This document shows, one piece after another, positions 12,718-26,014 of a DNA stretch of 64,000 nucleotides. A program made the position numbers and the translations under genes. Below the pieces are notes generated by a model. It ran no database searches and was not told where the DNA came from. It was given only the letters and a program-made list of their open reading frames with translations. The DNA is from Mytilus edulis (taxonomy: Eukaryota). The DNA lies in NCBI RefSeq assembly GCF_963676685.1, contig NC_092355.1, positions 44,826,001 to 44,890,000 on the forward strand, written 5' to 3'. Position 1 is the stretch's first letter. Each line of letters starts with the position of its first letter.

Positions 12718-13753
12718 ATTAAATATGGTGTAAAACAAATGGATGGTTAAATATGGTGTAAAACAAATGGATGGTTAAATATGGTGTAAAACAAATGGAT
12801 GGTTAAATATGGTGTAAAACAAATGGATGGTTAAATATGGTGTAAAACAAATGGATGGTTAAATATGGTGTAAAACAAATGGATGGTTAAATATGGTGCA
12901 AAACAAATGGATGGTTAAATATGGTGTAAAACAAATGGATGGTTAAATATGGTGCAAAACAAATGGATGGTTAAATATGGTGTAAAACAAATGGATGGTT
13001 AAATATGGTGTAAAACAAATGGATGGTTAAATATGGTGTAAAACAAATGGATGGTTAAATATGGGGTAAAACAAATGGATGGTTAAATATGGTGCAAAAC
13101 AAATGGATGGTTAAATATGGTGTAAAACAAATGGATGGTTAAATATGGTGCAAAACAAATGGATGGTTAAATATGGTGTAAAACAAATGGATGGTTAAAT
13201 ATGGTGTAAAACAAATGGATGGTTAAATATGGTGCAAAAACAAATGGATGGTTAAATATGGTGTAAAACAAATGGATGGTTAAATATGGTGCAAAACAAA
13301 TGGATGGTTAAATATGGTGTAAAACAAATGGATGGTTAAATATGGTGTAAAACAAATGGATGGTTAAATATGGTGTAAAACAAATGGATGGTTAAATATG
13401 GTGTAAAACAAATGGATGGTTAAATATGGTGTAAAACAAATGGATGGTTATGGTTAAATATGGTGCAAAACAAATGGATGGTTAAATATGGTGTAAAACA
13501 AATGGATGGTTAAATATGGTGTAAAACAAATGGATGGTTAAATATGGTGTAAAACAAATGGATGGTTAAATATGGTGTAAAACAAATGGATGGTTAAATA
13601 TGGTGTAAAACAAATGGATGGTTAAATATGGTGTAAAACAAATGGATGGTTAAATATGGTGCAAAACAAATGGATGGTTAAATATGGTGTAAAACAAATG
13701 GATGGTTAAATATGGGGTAAAACAAATGGATGGTTAAATATTATGTAAAACAA
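12718..13753. repeat. 28-bp minisatellite, ~36 copies
   Basis: Unit TAAATATGGTGTAAAACAAATGGATGGT with GTA/GCA and GGGGT variants; no spacers. Confidence 0.97.
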
Positions 13754-13927
13754 ATAACACAAGATACATACGACATTTGCTTCCGTAGTGTCCGTTAATG
13801 CAATTACAGGAAAAGGACGATCTTGTATATGTGCAAGAACCACCATTGTTACATGGATTTTGTAGAACAGGGAGTGTCTGAAAGAATTGATAATACTATT
13901 TATATTCAGTTAAAATATATTTGGTAG

Positions 13928-14027
13928 NNNNNNNNNNNNNNNNNNNNNNNNNNNNNNNNNNNNNNNNNNNNNNNNNNNNNNNNNNNNNNNNNNNNNNNNN
14001 NNNNNNNNNNNNNNNNNNNNNNNNNNN
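13928..14027. other. Assembly gap (100 N)
   Basis: Run of N. Confidence 0.99.
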
Positions 14028-15213
14028 GTAAATTTCAAAGGGGGTTCATGACGCGTTAATGGCGACGTCACCTGTCAATGTTGTTGTGTCTCATTGTTTA
14101 TTTTTCAAAAAAAAAAGCAGCAGAAAAAGTCCAGCGTGCAATAAATTCGTTATACGGTTAAATACTGACCCCCTACGGACCATAGAGGGTGAATAAAATT
14201 CATATTCATATAACTTATGATATTTGACAATCTTATAAAATCAATGTTAGTTTTTCATTGTGTTTGAAAGAAAAAAGGTGACAATGTTAACGTGACGGTA
14301 CCCAAATTGCACCTATTTTGACAGTTTTTTCACCTACGTTTTTTTTATGATAAAGACAATAATGTCCATTCTGTGTTTATTTTGTAGCCGTATCCTTCTT
14401 TATTATATATGTATACCAATTCGATTTTTAATCCATATGGAATCATAGAAAAATTGGTCTAAACTGACCTCCAAACCATCAATGATTCTGAAATGAGGAG
14501 TACCCAAATAGACAACTTTCGAGTTCGATGCATTTCCGTCAAAAACTCTGGTTTTAGTGAACGTCATTTGTGCGTTTAGGGGCGGCTTCACTTCCATTCC
14601 AATGTTGAGCGAGTGGTTGGAAAACTATAATTCTATATTGTACGAATTATACGACAAATCGAATTCTCAAAATTAACAATCAGCATTGATGTCATTAGGG
14701 AATTGTCATTAAGTACCTACAGAACAACCATTATTTCTAGTTTATCCTGCACAATGACAATCACCAAGACGCTTGATGAACGTAAATAGTGCAGGGATAC
14801 AGGCGACCCCCTCTATCTGGTAAATGACGTCATCATAGCCAGAAATTAGTAGTGGTTTTGCTAATTAATATTCATAATATGTAAATGAGAATTGTACCAC
14901 GTGATAGTACTTTGAACTGGACTGGCTTGATAGGCTTGATATCATTAAAATCTTTAAAACACGGATATTATAAGTTGCCCGTCACAGAGTCCTTATTTAC
15001 AATCACTTTGATATTTCCGTAAAGTTGTCAGGCGGTCAAAATCAAAACAATGAACGCGAATTTAGTGAATTTTTCGTGCTTTCGTGAGTTTATTCTTCTT
15101 GAAATAGTGACATTTTAATTTTACGTGGGAACCTAGAGTTCAACGAATACACATACAAGGTTTGGACTTGCTTATTCTTTGGAAATTCAAGTTTCATATT
15201 TCACCCCGGCAAC

Positions 15214-16099
15214 CACAGGCACTTGTTTCTATCCATACGAAGGTCGACTATCCATATAAATAGAAGAAGGTGGCTAACGAAATTTTTTTTAGGTCACGAC
15301 AGTCTCCACTTGGGACGCTTTTTCTACCTTTCAACTTAATGCTAAAAATCCCTACCTTATATGAATCGATTCAGTGAATATTTTCCTTTAACACTAAACT
15401 AATTTCATAATCTTCACGGTAATCTACTCTCAATTCACTAAACCATGTCCAAAAGTTCAACTACCATCTTTTCAATGTATCTACTTCCGGTTGTGGGCAG
15501 AATGCTATCTTTTTAAAAACGAAATGATTCTGTAAAATTACCAGTTTATTATTTTCATTATCAATATATTTTTAAAGATGAAATTTCACCGAAATAAGTA
15601 CATTTATCGTTGTTATTTAAAAAAATCAGAAAGTCAGAAACTAATTTGAATGAATTCGATAAAACTAGAGAATTCCGAATGTATATGGTAACTCTAAAGA
15701 ATTTCATCGATCTTTTATTTTGGAGGTAAAAAACGTATTCAGATTCATAAGAATTAGGGGAAAGAAACTGAGTCAATGAAAACAAAATAAATTTACTGCG
15801 ATGTCAACCGGAAGTAGATACATTGAAAAGATGGTAGTTGAACTTTTGGACATGGTTTAGTGAATTGCGAGTAGATTATCGTGAAGAGGAACACTGTGGG
15901 GATTATGAAATTAGTTTAGTGTTAAAGGAAAATATTCACTGAATCGATTCATATAAGGTAGGGATTTTTAGCATTAAGTTGAAAGGTAGAAAAAGCGTCC
16001 CAAGCGGAGACTGTCGTGACCTAAAAAAAATTTCGTTAGCCACCTTCTTCTATTTATATGGATAGTCGACCTTCGTATGGATAGAAACAAGTGCCTGTG
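15214..16099. mobile_element. P-element-like fold-back MITE (886 bp)
   Basis: Termini CACAGGCACTTGTTTCT...AGAAACAAGTGCCTGTG; ~280-bp near-perfect arms (15214-15493 / 15805-16099); 8-bp TSD CCGGCAAC. Confidence 0.85.
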
Positions 16100-17344
16100 C
16101 CGGCAACCTGTTTTTGTAAATACCTTGTAAGCCAATTTTCAACACGAAGTTTGCAAATTTGACGTTTCAGCTATTTTAGCCTGTATTTTACACTGCAATG
16201 TTAAAAGCCTCTCGCTTCGATTTTTAAAATAGCTCAGGAACCTGTATTTTTGCAACAACAGTCATTTTTTTTTCGTTTAAATGGTGTATATTGTTGTGTA
16301 TATTCATTTTCTGCCCCGGCAACCTGTCTATCACTTAAATTAAATTTAAAACAGACATTTTTTCAAAATTCCCTATCATTTTAATGTACTTTCCGTGACC
16401 CGTATCCGATTTCTTTAGTATAATATTCAAATAAGCAAAGTGGCGTTGATTTCTGGATATGTAAAGGCGCGTATAATTGACGAGTTTTTTCCGGTGACGG
16501 ATGAACTCGAAAGTGGTCTATTGCATCTATGCTTCAATTCGCATCATCAAACGTCGAATAACAGAGCTTTTGCTTAATTTCTTCAAACATTTTGAACAAT
16601 TGGATATAAGTCCATGGTTACTCTTCATTTTTTTAAATGGGTACTTGTGATATAGTATTTGATCATTTTAAATAAAAAGATGACGTTTTGATGACGTCGC
16701 ATGGCGACGTTTCAGTACATTTTTGCTTTTTCAGTAAACACTTCATCTATTGATAAATACTGTGAACGTTTTGTACATATCTAAATATTTTCCCCTATGT
16801 TGAAAGATGTGCATAGTATCAAATCATAAAAATACAAATTGTGTAGTCTCTAGGAAATCTTGTAATATGTCCGCTGCTATTTTTGCTAAATAGGTGCAAT
16901 GCATTTGGGTACTGGGTACCGTTATGTTAAATGTATGAAAAATCTGGGAGCTTATTCCCAAGTACTGTTTAAGATCAACATTGTTTGATGCATAAATGCA
17001 CACATATTATATACAATACTTTTTATGGACACTTTTAAATATCACAGAAACTCTCTCATAAAATCGGGGATGTTATATTGGAGGACACAACTTTTTTTGT
17101 ATTTTGGATAGGAAACTATCGTCGTGGACAGCAAATTTTTTTATAACGTTTCACGAAGGACTGAAGGACGCATTTTCATATTTTAGTATTGTCCTTGGCA
17201 ATATTTCACAGTGTTTCAATATAAAATAGTGTCTGCAAACAATACTTTGCATGAAAATTTGTCCTGAAGATTATTTTATATTGGGATTTTTACAACATGG
17301 AACAAAAGTTGGAAAAACGAATAATTTACCCCAGTCTACCATAA

Positions 17345-17643
17345 GGGAGCTACCATTTGATTTTTATGGGGGGGGGGGGGGGGGGGGGGCTAGGATGAAA
17401 TTTGAAAAAAATAGGCAGGACAGGAGTTTTGAGTAAAAAAAAAAGGCAGGATGAGACACTTGCAAAAAAAAAATAGTCAGGACGACAATTTAGGTAAAAA
17501 AAAGTCAGGATTATTAAAAAAAAAAAAAGGCAGGACCGAACAGAGTGAAAAATAAAAAGGCAAGACAGAGATTACAGCTAAAAAAAAATGCAGGACAAAA
17601 TTTTTCATCCTAGCCCCGCCATAAAAATCAAATGGTAGCTCCC
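17345..17643. mobile_element. Harbinger/ISL2EU-like MITE
   Basis: TIR GGGAGCTACCATTTGATTTTTATGG / CCATAAAAATCAAATGGTAGCTCCC, TSD TAA, internal ~30-bp AAAAGGCAGGA repeats. Confidence 0.85.
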
Positions 17644-18003
17644 TAAAGCAAAAACATAATATACTGCTATGTGTGTATACAGCGTGTATTTATGTTTCAC
17701 TCCTTAAACTATCATAATATCAATAATGTTTCATTTGACATAATCACAAACTTATTGTACTTTATAGTAAAGACTCTATATGGGGAATATGTTGTTTTCG
17801 GTAGTAGATATTTCAAAATAAATAAATTTGGTGTATTTACTGTCTTCTGATTGGCTAAAAGAATTGGCTTTATTTTCAATGTTATCAATTTTTATAGAAA
17901 CACGCCCACTCTAACGTTGTGTATTCATACGCAAACATCTGTGTACGTTGTTATTGGTATTAATATATATCTTTGAGCATTATTTTTGATAGAAATTTAT
18001 TTA

Positions 18004-18162
18004 TAATGAATGGCAATAATTTATTTTGAATTTATTGAACCATAAAATTAATTTTTGACTGTTCACATTTAACATAATCCGCTTCGCGGATTATTCAATG
18101 TGAAGAGTCAAAAATTAATTTTATGGTTCAATAAATTCAAAATAAATAAAAGCCATTCATTA
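18004..18162. repeat. ~160-bp palindrome, probably the end of a Crypton-like non-autonomous element
   Basis: Arms around CCGC-TTC-GCGG; upstream TCTGATTGGCTAA motif; no TSD. Confidence 0.6.
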
Positions 18163-18563
18163 AATCTCTGTTCAATTTATTCATAAAGACTTTGAGCCTG
18201 ACATATTGCATGTCACGGTAGACACTAACCTATGATTGTTGAAGACTATCTTTTTACCTATAGATAACCTACATGGGTTTGAATAAATCTACCATTTACA
18301 AATAGTGAAATACCTCACGTCTCCTTTTATTCACAATTTCCTACAGAAACAATCAAGTGAATGAACCATGATTGATGGGAATGGTTGAATTATTCCAATA
18401 GCGACACACACTATATCATACATGTATCTGTATTAGAGACTCGTGTTTTGTTGTTCCCATTACATTTTACATCCTCGACTTTCAATGTATAAACAGACTT
18501 TCGTAATACTGTGTATACCTTGAAGTTATTACTATAAGCAAAACATTATTGATTTTATTCTTG

Positions 18564-18898
18564 GGCCACAAATAAAAGAATTTTGGTTTGTCCAAACCCT
18601 ACCCAAAGGTTGAGACAGTGGGTAGGTAGGTAGGCATTTTCTTTTTTTTTTCGAAAAGAGAAATTGAAGTATCAGGCCTCACGGTCATAAAACTTTCGAG
18701 CATGATTTTTGTACTCAGACTCGAAAATCAACCAATCAAATTGCTGGATTTCATGTTTCGAGCACGTGTTTATTAGTCTTCATGCCTATCTGATTAAAAA
18801 AAAACTTCTTCAAATCAGGACAATAAAAGAATTTGAGTAGGCAGTTTTTTTCTTGGTAGGTAGCGTTTGTGCAAACAAACCTTTTCTTTTTTATGGCC
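18564..18898. mobile_element. Zator-like MITE
   Basis: GGCCA...TGGCC termini, 3-bp TSD TTG, subterminal CCTACC/GGTAGG motifs. Confidence 0.7.
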
Positions 18899-19928
18899 TT
18901 GTTTGATAGATTTTTTTTAATATATGGTCATGTAAATAACTGAGAATAAATTACTTACGTTCTGCAAAAGTATGTTCTAAGAATGTTAATAACACCAGTA
19001 GTACAAATTTATTGGTATCCATATCCGAATCTGTAAAAAGAGGATATTCTGAATTAAATAACTGTTTGTAGCAGTAAAACAAATTGCAGAGAGAGAGTTC
19101 AAAATAAGCTTATCAGCTAAGAATGTATTCTACTTTCTAAAAGTAACGGAAGTGTTACAAAAAGCATTTAGACGCAAATTGTATATTGAACGGTTAGAAT
19201 TAAAAAGGATTTATTTTGCTAAATTCCCAATGGTGAATATCTCATATATATTATATATCCCAGTAATTCAAGACGATAATAAATCACATCAGCATGTTGA
19301 TTGTTTTCTGAACGCGAAAAAGAAGTTGGTTAAATTCTGCATATTGGATCGACAATAATGAATCGGTTATCAAAATTGAAAAAAAAAAATATCAGTGTTT
19401 TTCACATAGGCCGATTTAAGTGTGTGTGGGGGGGGGGGGGGAGGGCGGGGGACCGAAAAAAGACTTCCACGGACCCATTAAGGGAATAGGAGTTCCTTCA
19501 TAATACAAGTTCAAAATAGAAACAGTAAACAGTAATATTATTTCTACTGGAATAAATATGACAGTCAATGTTCCTAACGGAATAAATGGTATAGAATATT
19601 TGTTTCCAACAGGAACATGTATATACTATGACATTATTTATAACAAAGTTTCCAGTTGAACTTCTGTTAGGTGGGACAAATTTAATTTACGTTGACACCC
19701 ATGCAGAGAGCTGAATACCTTCCTGCGCGATCGATGCATCGAGATATAACTTTACCATTTTGATTGAACGCTGTATACAAACATGAGGGTGGGTAGAAGC
19801 CCCCGAGGAAGTGACACTGGGTTCAGTTTTGATACCGCAAGTACCGTCAGGGTTTGTTAACAAAAATTACCCACGTGTATAGTCGTTACCCCAGAATTAC
19901 TCACGTGTATAGTCGTTACACCTGTCCA

Positions 19929-20272
19929 CAAGAGACCAAAATGACACATACATTATCAACTATAGGTCACCGTACGGCCTTCAACAATAAGCAAAGTCCA
20001 TACCGCATAGTCAGCTGTAAAAGGCCCCGATATGACAATGTAAAACAATTCAAACGCGAAACTAACGGCCTTATTTATATAAAAAAATGAACGAAAAACA
20101 AATATGTAACACATAAACAAACGGCAACCACTGACCAAGGCTTCTGACTTGGGACAGGCACATACATAAATAATGTGGCGGGGTTAAACATGTCAGCGGG
20201 ATTCCAACCCTCCCTAACATGGGATAGTGGTATAATAGTACAAGATAACAACGAACTATAAAAATCAGTTGA
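19929..20272 (+). repeat. Abundant interspersed repeat (unclassified)
   Basis: aactataggtcaccgtacggccttcaacaat...gacttgggacaggc; related copies at 22905-23222(-), 28860-29010(-), 42385-42870(+). Confidence 0.7.
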
Positions 20273-22675
20273 AAACCCTAGGAAAAAAACTACTCACCAT
20301 TAAAGACAGCCGTATTGATGTAAACAAAATGAACACTTAAATTTAAAATAGAAATCAACTACCACGTGATTGTTATTTTCAAAGAACTCTGTTCACGAAT
20401 GTGGCTATTCGTCGATAACAGCCGGCGTTGCATACCCATTCTATACATTTGAGAAAATATGTGTTTGACTTTTCAAAAAATCATGTTTGATATACTCTAT
20501 TCAAATATGCAAGAAAAAACATTCCATCAGTTGCGACTTTTCGAGATATAAGTTTAAAATAAGCTTTCGTGTAAAAAAGGAAAATTCTTTACCGACAGAA
20601 AAACATTCAAACAGAATGCTATATTTTCATATTAAATATCATAATACCTACAAATAATGTAGTAACATAAAATATAATGTTATGAAATCGTGTGGTTTTA
20701 CACTTATTATCGGTATAAACTGCATTACATAAACGATTTCAAAGAGCAACGTGAACATATACGGGATGCGGGAAGACACAATACTTTACGATGATCATGT
20801 CAAAAAACGATACAGAAACACATAAGAAACGATTTATGATTTCGTGAGCATTATAACTTAAATAATTAATTTTAATAAAAAAAAATAAAAGTCTCTGAAT
20901 AACAACATTATAATAAACACAGCCTACCTTTACAATATTTACACTGCTCTTCGTTACCTTCACCTAAAATAATTCAAATCCTGTTGATTTTATGACGTAA
21001 TCGCGCCAAAAATCATTGATCCAATAACACTATTTCGCGGAATATTTACATTTTGGGAATTCATACATGTAGGCCATTCCGGATGCGGTAATTTCTTCGA
21101 CTGCATTGAAGACCTATTGGTGACCTTCTGCTCCTGTCTTTTCTATGGTCGGGTTGTTGTCTCTTTGACACATTCCCCATTTCCATTCTCAATTTCATTG
21201 AAATGTATAATATCATATTTTCCAGAAAGAAGAAATTAAACATTTAAAATTTTAAACTATGCAGATTTTACCATCTTAAATTTGTAGAAGAGTTTTTTGA
21301 AAGCATCACAGTATTGAGACAGATTTATGACAAATTATAATTTGCAAAAATAATAAATAACGCAAATTTTCAAGGAATAAAACCACTATTTCATAACACG
21401 CTAGCGTTCTATGTTAAATTATATACAAGTTCGAGCATTCATAACTTTTTTTGACTTACGTTTAAATAAAGTGGTAGTAATTTTATCTCAAAACTATACA
21501 GACTTGTACTAAAAAGTATCATATCTTAAATTGTCATAGCACACGGGTTTCCGAAAATTGGGTAGTACAAAAACTTCTGATCTGAGCAACAGGGCACATA
21601 AAAGTCATATGCCCTCCGTCTTAATTTAATAGTTCTGTATTTATTTGCAAAAGAAACTGTAATCAAAGGTTCTGGTTATAAAAAATAAACAGAAACCGAC
21701 CGTGAGAGCGATTTTCAGCCAGTCAAGGGGTTTAAAAAAACAATATTACAGTCACTTCTCATAATTAAATTCTTAATTCCATAAATCATGAATAAACGTT
21801 GATAATGTCACCGTCACATGACAAAATGATGTCCAGTGGCGTAGCTAGGTGTTTGTTACGTGTACGCCCGAACCTCGGCGAGGGGTCCGAGTGCCCAAGT
21901 CATAGTACCTGTTGGTAGTTGGTTCAACGTGGCGAAGCCCCCGTAAGCTAACAGGTTATCAAGAATGAGATATCGTTCCCGTTATTGAAAATTCTTATCA
22001 GTAGCAAAATACTTAAAAAATTTAAATGGTTTATTTTAATGTTTAGTTTATTCATCGTGTTGATTTGGAATTTAATGGTCATTGGATATAGAGAAAAGTA
22101 TAAAACAGTTTCTTAAAAATAATGTTCAAAAGGAGCCATGGGGTAATTGTCGTTAAAGAACATAAAATAATTAATGTTCGGAAGGTTTTTTTTCAATTTA
22201 CGTTCAAAGATTCTGATTCGCATTTTTCTTTTTTGTACTTTTTTTTGTACTTTTGTTCCTTTTTAAATTTTTTTTTTTAGATCAAGCTCATCTGGTCTAC
22301 TGTTAACATATTTTGCGACATCTGTTAATGAACGAAATGTCTTTGCATGGACTAACGAATTAAAGCATTAATTAGAAAGCGAATCGTGAAATACAGAATA
22401 GGACTTCGTGATCAATTTTACAAAACTGACCAACAGCAATACAATTATACGTCAATTTTCATTAATTAAAAATAGCCATACTTACTTAAATTCGAAGTTG
22501 TTGATTGTAAAGTATCTGATATTGATTCACAAAGTTAAAGCAACAGGTGTCACCTATATTGTATTTAATGACATGCAATCAGTGCGAGGGTCTTAACCGT
22601 TTTGTACACATATGTTCATCATGGTAATATCGTCGTAAAAAATCGTTTACCTAGTAAACTATGACTTTTAAACTA

Positions 22676-22845
22676 CATAGGCGGATCCAGGGGGACCCTA
22701 GGGGGCCGGCACCCCCCCCCCCTCCCCCTTTTCGTGGGAAAAATTTGGTTGATTATATAGGGAATCATTGAAGCATGACTGGAGCGGGCCCCCTCTTAGG
22801 TCAGTCAGCGGGCCCCCCTTAGGAAAAGTTCTGGATCCGCCACTG
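22676..22845. mobile_element. Small hAT-like MITE
   Basis: CATAGGCGGATCCAG...CTGGATCCGCCACTG, flanked by the 5-bp direct repeat AACTA. Confidence 0.7.
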
Positions 22846-24133
22846 AACTACAAGCAGAAGTTTCCTCTGTAAAATTGTACAGTACTATTACACACGTATG
22901 TCCCAAGTTAGAAGAGGGTTAGCGCCATCAAACATGTTTAACAGCGCCACATTCTTTATGTGTCTGTCCCAAGTCAGGAGCCTGTAGTTCAGTGGTTGTC
23001 GCTGGTTAACGTCTGTCATATTTGTTTTTCGTAATATGTTTTATTTTAAATTAGGCCGTCAGTTATCACAATTGAATTGTTTTACATCCTACATTTCATA
23101 TAATTTTCTAGCCGACTATATGGTATGGGTCTCATTGTTGAAGCTCGTACGGTTGCCTAAACTTGCTCAAATCCACTTCATCTGAACTTTAGTGGCAATT
23201 ATACCACATCTCCTTACTTTCATATTGTCCTTTACAATGCAATTGTTTTCCAAGTCAATGACGTGAATTTTGTCTGCGCGAATCATATCTTGAATCTTAC
23301 AAGTTTCATATAAAACAAAAAACAAAAAAAAACATGTATATATTATGGGTTCTCCTTTAAACCCTGAACAATTACCATGGAGAGAGTCTAGCATATGTAT
23401 TGTAATTTTCACCGTTAAAAGAGGATTAACTTTGAACTTACAAAAAATAATCATAATATAATTGTTGTTAAGTTGGGATTATATCAAAGATGAATATGAC
23501 CTTTAAATTCCAAGCCGCCTCACAATGTTTCAGGCTTTAAACTTCAACAACTGATAAAATTAATCTTCAAACCGACCGGAAGATTACATGATGTCATGCT
23601 AAGTGATTCATTCATTCAGTATAAATCATAATCCTACAATAATAACTTTGTTTTTGATTATAAGACATATTTTTTTTTAAAGTAACAAGAAAAAAAGGTC
23701 AGACCATGAAAAAAATAAAAGGAATATGTGGAGAAACGTCAATTTCATCTATAATAGTCCTTGGCGATTTAATGAGAGCAAAATGTATGTAAATATATAA
23801 ATATATAGCAAATAGAAAGAAATACTTAATGACTGGCGCCACCTGATTTTTACAATTTTAGATTTTCTGCTGCCCTCTTAATTATAAAAGGAAATTGAAA
23901 TAGTGGGAAATGAGTGTTTGCTTTTTGTGTAGAAATAGCGAGACATTTGGAGGAAACTCTCCCTGTACAGTTCTTTACTAAATTAATACTGTTTCGAAAA
24001 TTCCGGAACCACCGGGAGTTCTAAAAAATATGCAACTTTTCTATCAAGAAAGCTATGACATCATACGCGGCTACCATTGCATCTATATAAATAATTTCTA
24101 CGTTTAATTCATATCTATAAAGACACACTATAA

Positions 24134-24369
24134 GGGACGACATCAAAAGATCAATGTAAGATAAAAAAAAAAACTTAATTCAAATAGTTTGGGGGTGGGG
24201 GGTTGAACTGCTGCAAGATTTGGTTATCCGACATTGATTTTTACATATATCCATATGGGTCAATCAATTTTTCCCAAATTAAGTTAAGAGGGGGTAGGGG
24301 GAGGGGGTCAGTGAAAAAAACTATAAGAATTAAGTTTTTTATCCTTCATTGAACTTTTGATGTCGTCCC
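24134..24369. mobile_element. Harbinger/ISL2EU-like MITE
   Basis: TIR GGGACGACATCAAAAG / CTTTTGATGTCGTCCC, TSD TAA. Confidence 0.85.
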
Positions 24370-24911
24370 TAATAGTATTTTGTTATGTTTTGTTGCAGAC
24401 CGTAACAATGTTAGCTCAGTCTTGTGATTGTTTGTCATCTGTAAAACCTACATATCCTTTCATTCGTAATTTTACTATTACATGTATCTAAAATGAACGT
24501 AAATACTGGTAGAAAAAGACGCTGTGTGAATATTTGAAGCATCAAAACTTGAACTATAAATAACAACCCCAAATTCAAAATAAACATATTGCTTTACACG
24601 ATGATAATTTTTTTGAAATTAATTTCCTATAATAATGAGGCAGATCAGTTTAAGACCAGACTCGAATTAGGTGTCTTTCTCCTCCCAGACATATACAATC
24701 TTTAGTCCTATTTAGCACAACAATTTCGAGATAATGTTTTGCAATGTTCTTCAAGTTGGTTTTGACTTTCAAACTATTTTGTATTCGAGCGACAGTTTTC
24801 AGTTTTTCCTTAGGGGATAGATAACAGTCTTTAAAATATCGACCTTTGGTAGGAACACTAACAATACTAGACGAATTATAAGTGCAGTGCGGGAGTCGAC
24901 TTCTTAAAACA

Positions 24912-25348
24912 ATAAAATTGAGAATGGAAATGGGGAATGTGCCAAAGAGACAACAACCCGATCATAGAAAAAAGCAACAGCAGAAGGTCACCAACAGGTC
25001 TTCAATGTAGCGAGAAATTACCGCACCCGGAGGCGTCCTTCAGCTGGCCCCTAAACAAATATATACTAGTTCAGTGATAATGAACGCCATACTAATTTCC
25101 AAATTGTACACAAGAAACTAAAATTAAAATAATACAAGACTAACAAAGGCCAGAGGCTCCTGACTTGGGACAGGCGCAAAAATGCGGCGGGGTTAAACAT
25201 GTTTGTGAGATCTCAACCCTCCCCCTATACATCTAGCCAATGTAGAAAAGTAAACGCATAACAATACGCACATTAAAATTCAGTTCAAGAGAAGTCCGAG
25301 TCTGATGTCAGAAGATGTAACCAAAGAAAATAAACAAAATGACAATAC
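24912..25348 (+). repeat. Abundant Mytilus-type interspersed repeat
   Basis: aaaattgagaatggaaatggggaatgtg...; partial reverse copies at 11066-11266 and 21086-21197. Confidence 0.75.
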
Positions 25349-25590
25349 CACTCAGTTACTGAGTTCCCTGGTAAAGGAGAGGTAAAGTATACCAAAGGGA
25401 CATTCTAATCATAAGTAAAAAATAAACTTATTTGTATCTCCAGATATCAGAGTTTAAAATATACCCGTTGTTGAAGACCTTTAGTTCTCCTGGTATATAC
25501 CTCCCATCAATGTAGACATAAAACCAATACTTGCACCAAAAAAACAAGTATAATCAATACTTGTACCAAATATCCAAGTATACATATGTC

Positions 25591-26014
25591 TGTCAACGTA
25601 TATTTGTTCCGCCCAACAGAAGTTCCACTGGAAACTTTGTTATAAACAATGTCATAATATCTGTTCATGTTGGAACAAATATTCCATACCATTTATTACG
25701 TTAGGAACATTTACTGTAATATCTATTTCAGTGGAAATTATATTCCAGAATACTTTTTTTCCATTTGGAACTTATATTATTAAGGAACTTCTATTCCGTG
25801 ACATGTCAACGTATATTTGTTCCACCTAACAGAAGTTCCAATGGAAACTTTGTTATAAACAATTTCATAATACCTGTTCCTGTTGGAACAAATATTCTAT
25901 ACCATTTATTCCGTTAGGAACATTTACTGTAATATTTATTCCAGTGGAAATAATATTCCAGAATAATGTTTCCATTTGGAACTTATATTATGAAAGAACT
26001 TCTATTCCGTGACA
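25591..26014. mobile_element. Head-to-tail dimer of a ~212-bp TGTCA...TGACA MITE (Ginger-like)
   Basis: Units 25591-25803 and 25804-26014; a third, inverted copy at ~19481-19697. Confidence 0.65.

Larger units (their letters stand above)
13922..17341. mobile_element. Non-autonomous TIR DNA transposon (~3.3 kb, superfamily unassigned), left end interrupted by an N-gap
   Basis: Left TGGTAG[N]GTAAATT vs right AATTTACCCCAGTCTACCA; internal inverted pair GGTACCCAAATTGCACCTATTT (~14297) / AAATAGGTGCAATGCATTTGGGTAC (~16888); no ORF; TSD not clear. Confidence 0.55.

Noticed and set aside
12718-13753. 28-bp array as a CRISPR
   Set aside because: Units are contiguous with no unique spacers, there are no cas genes, and the context is eukaryotic
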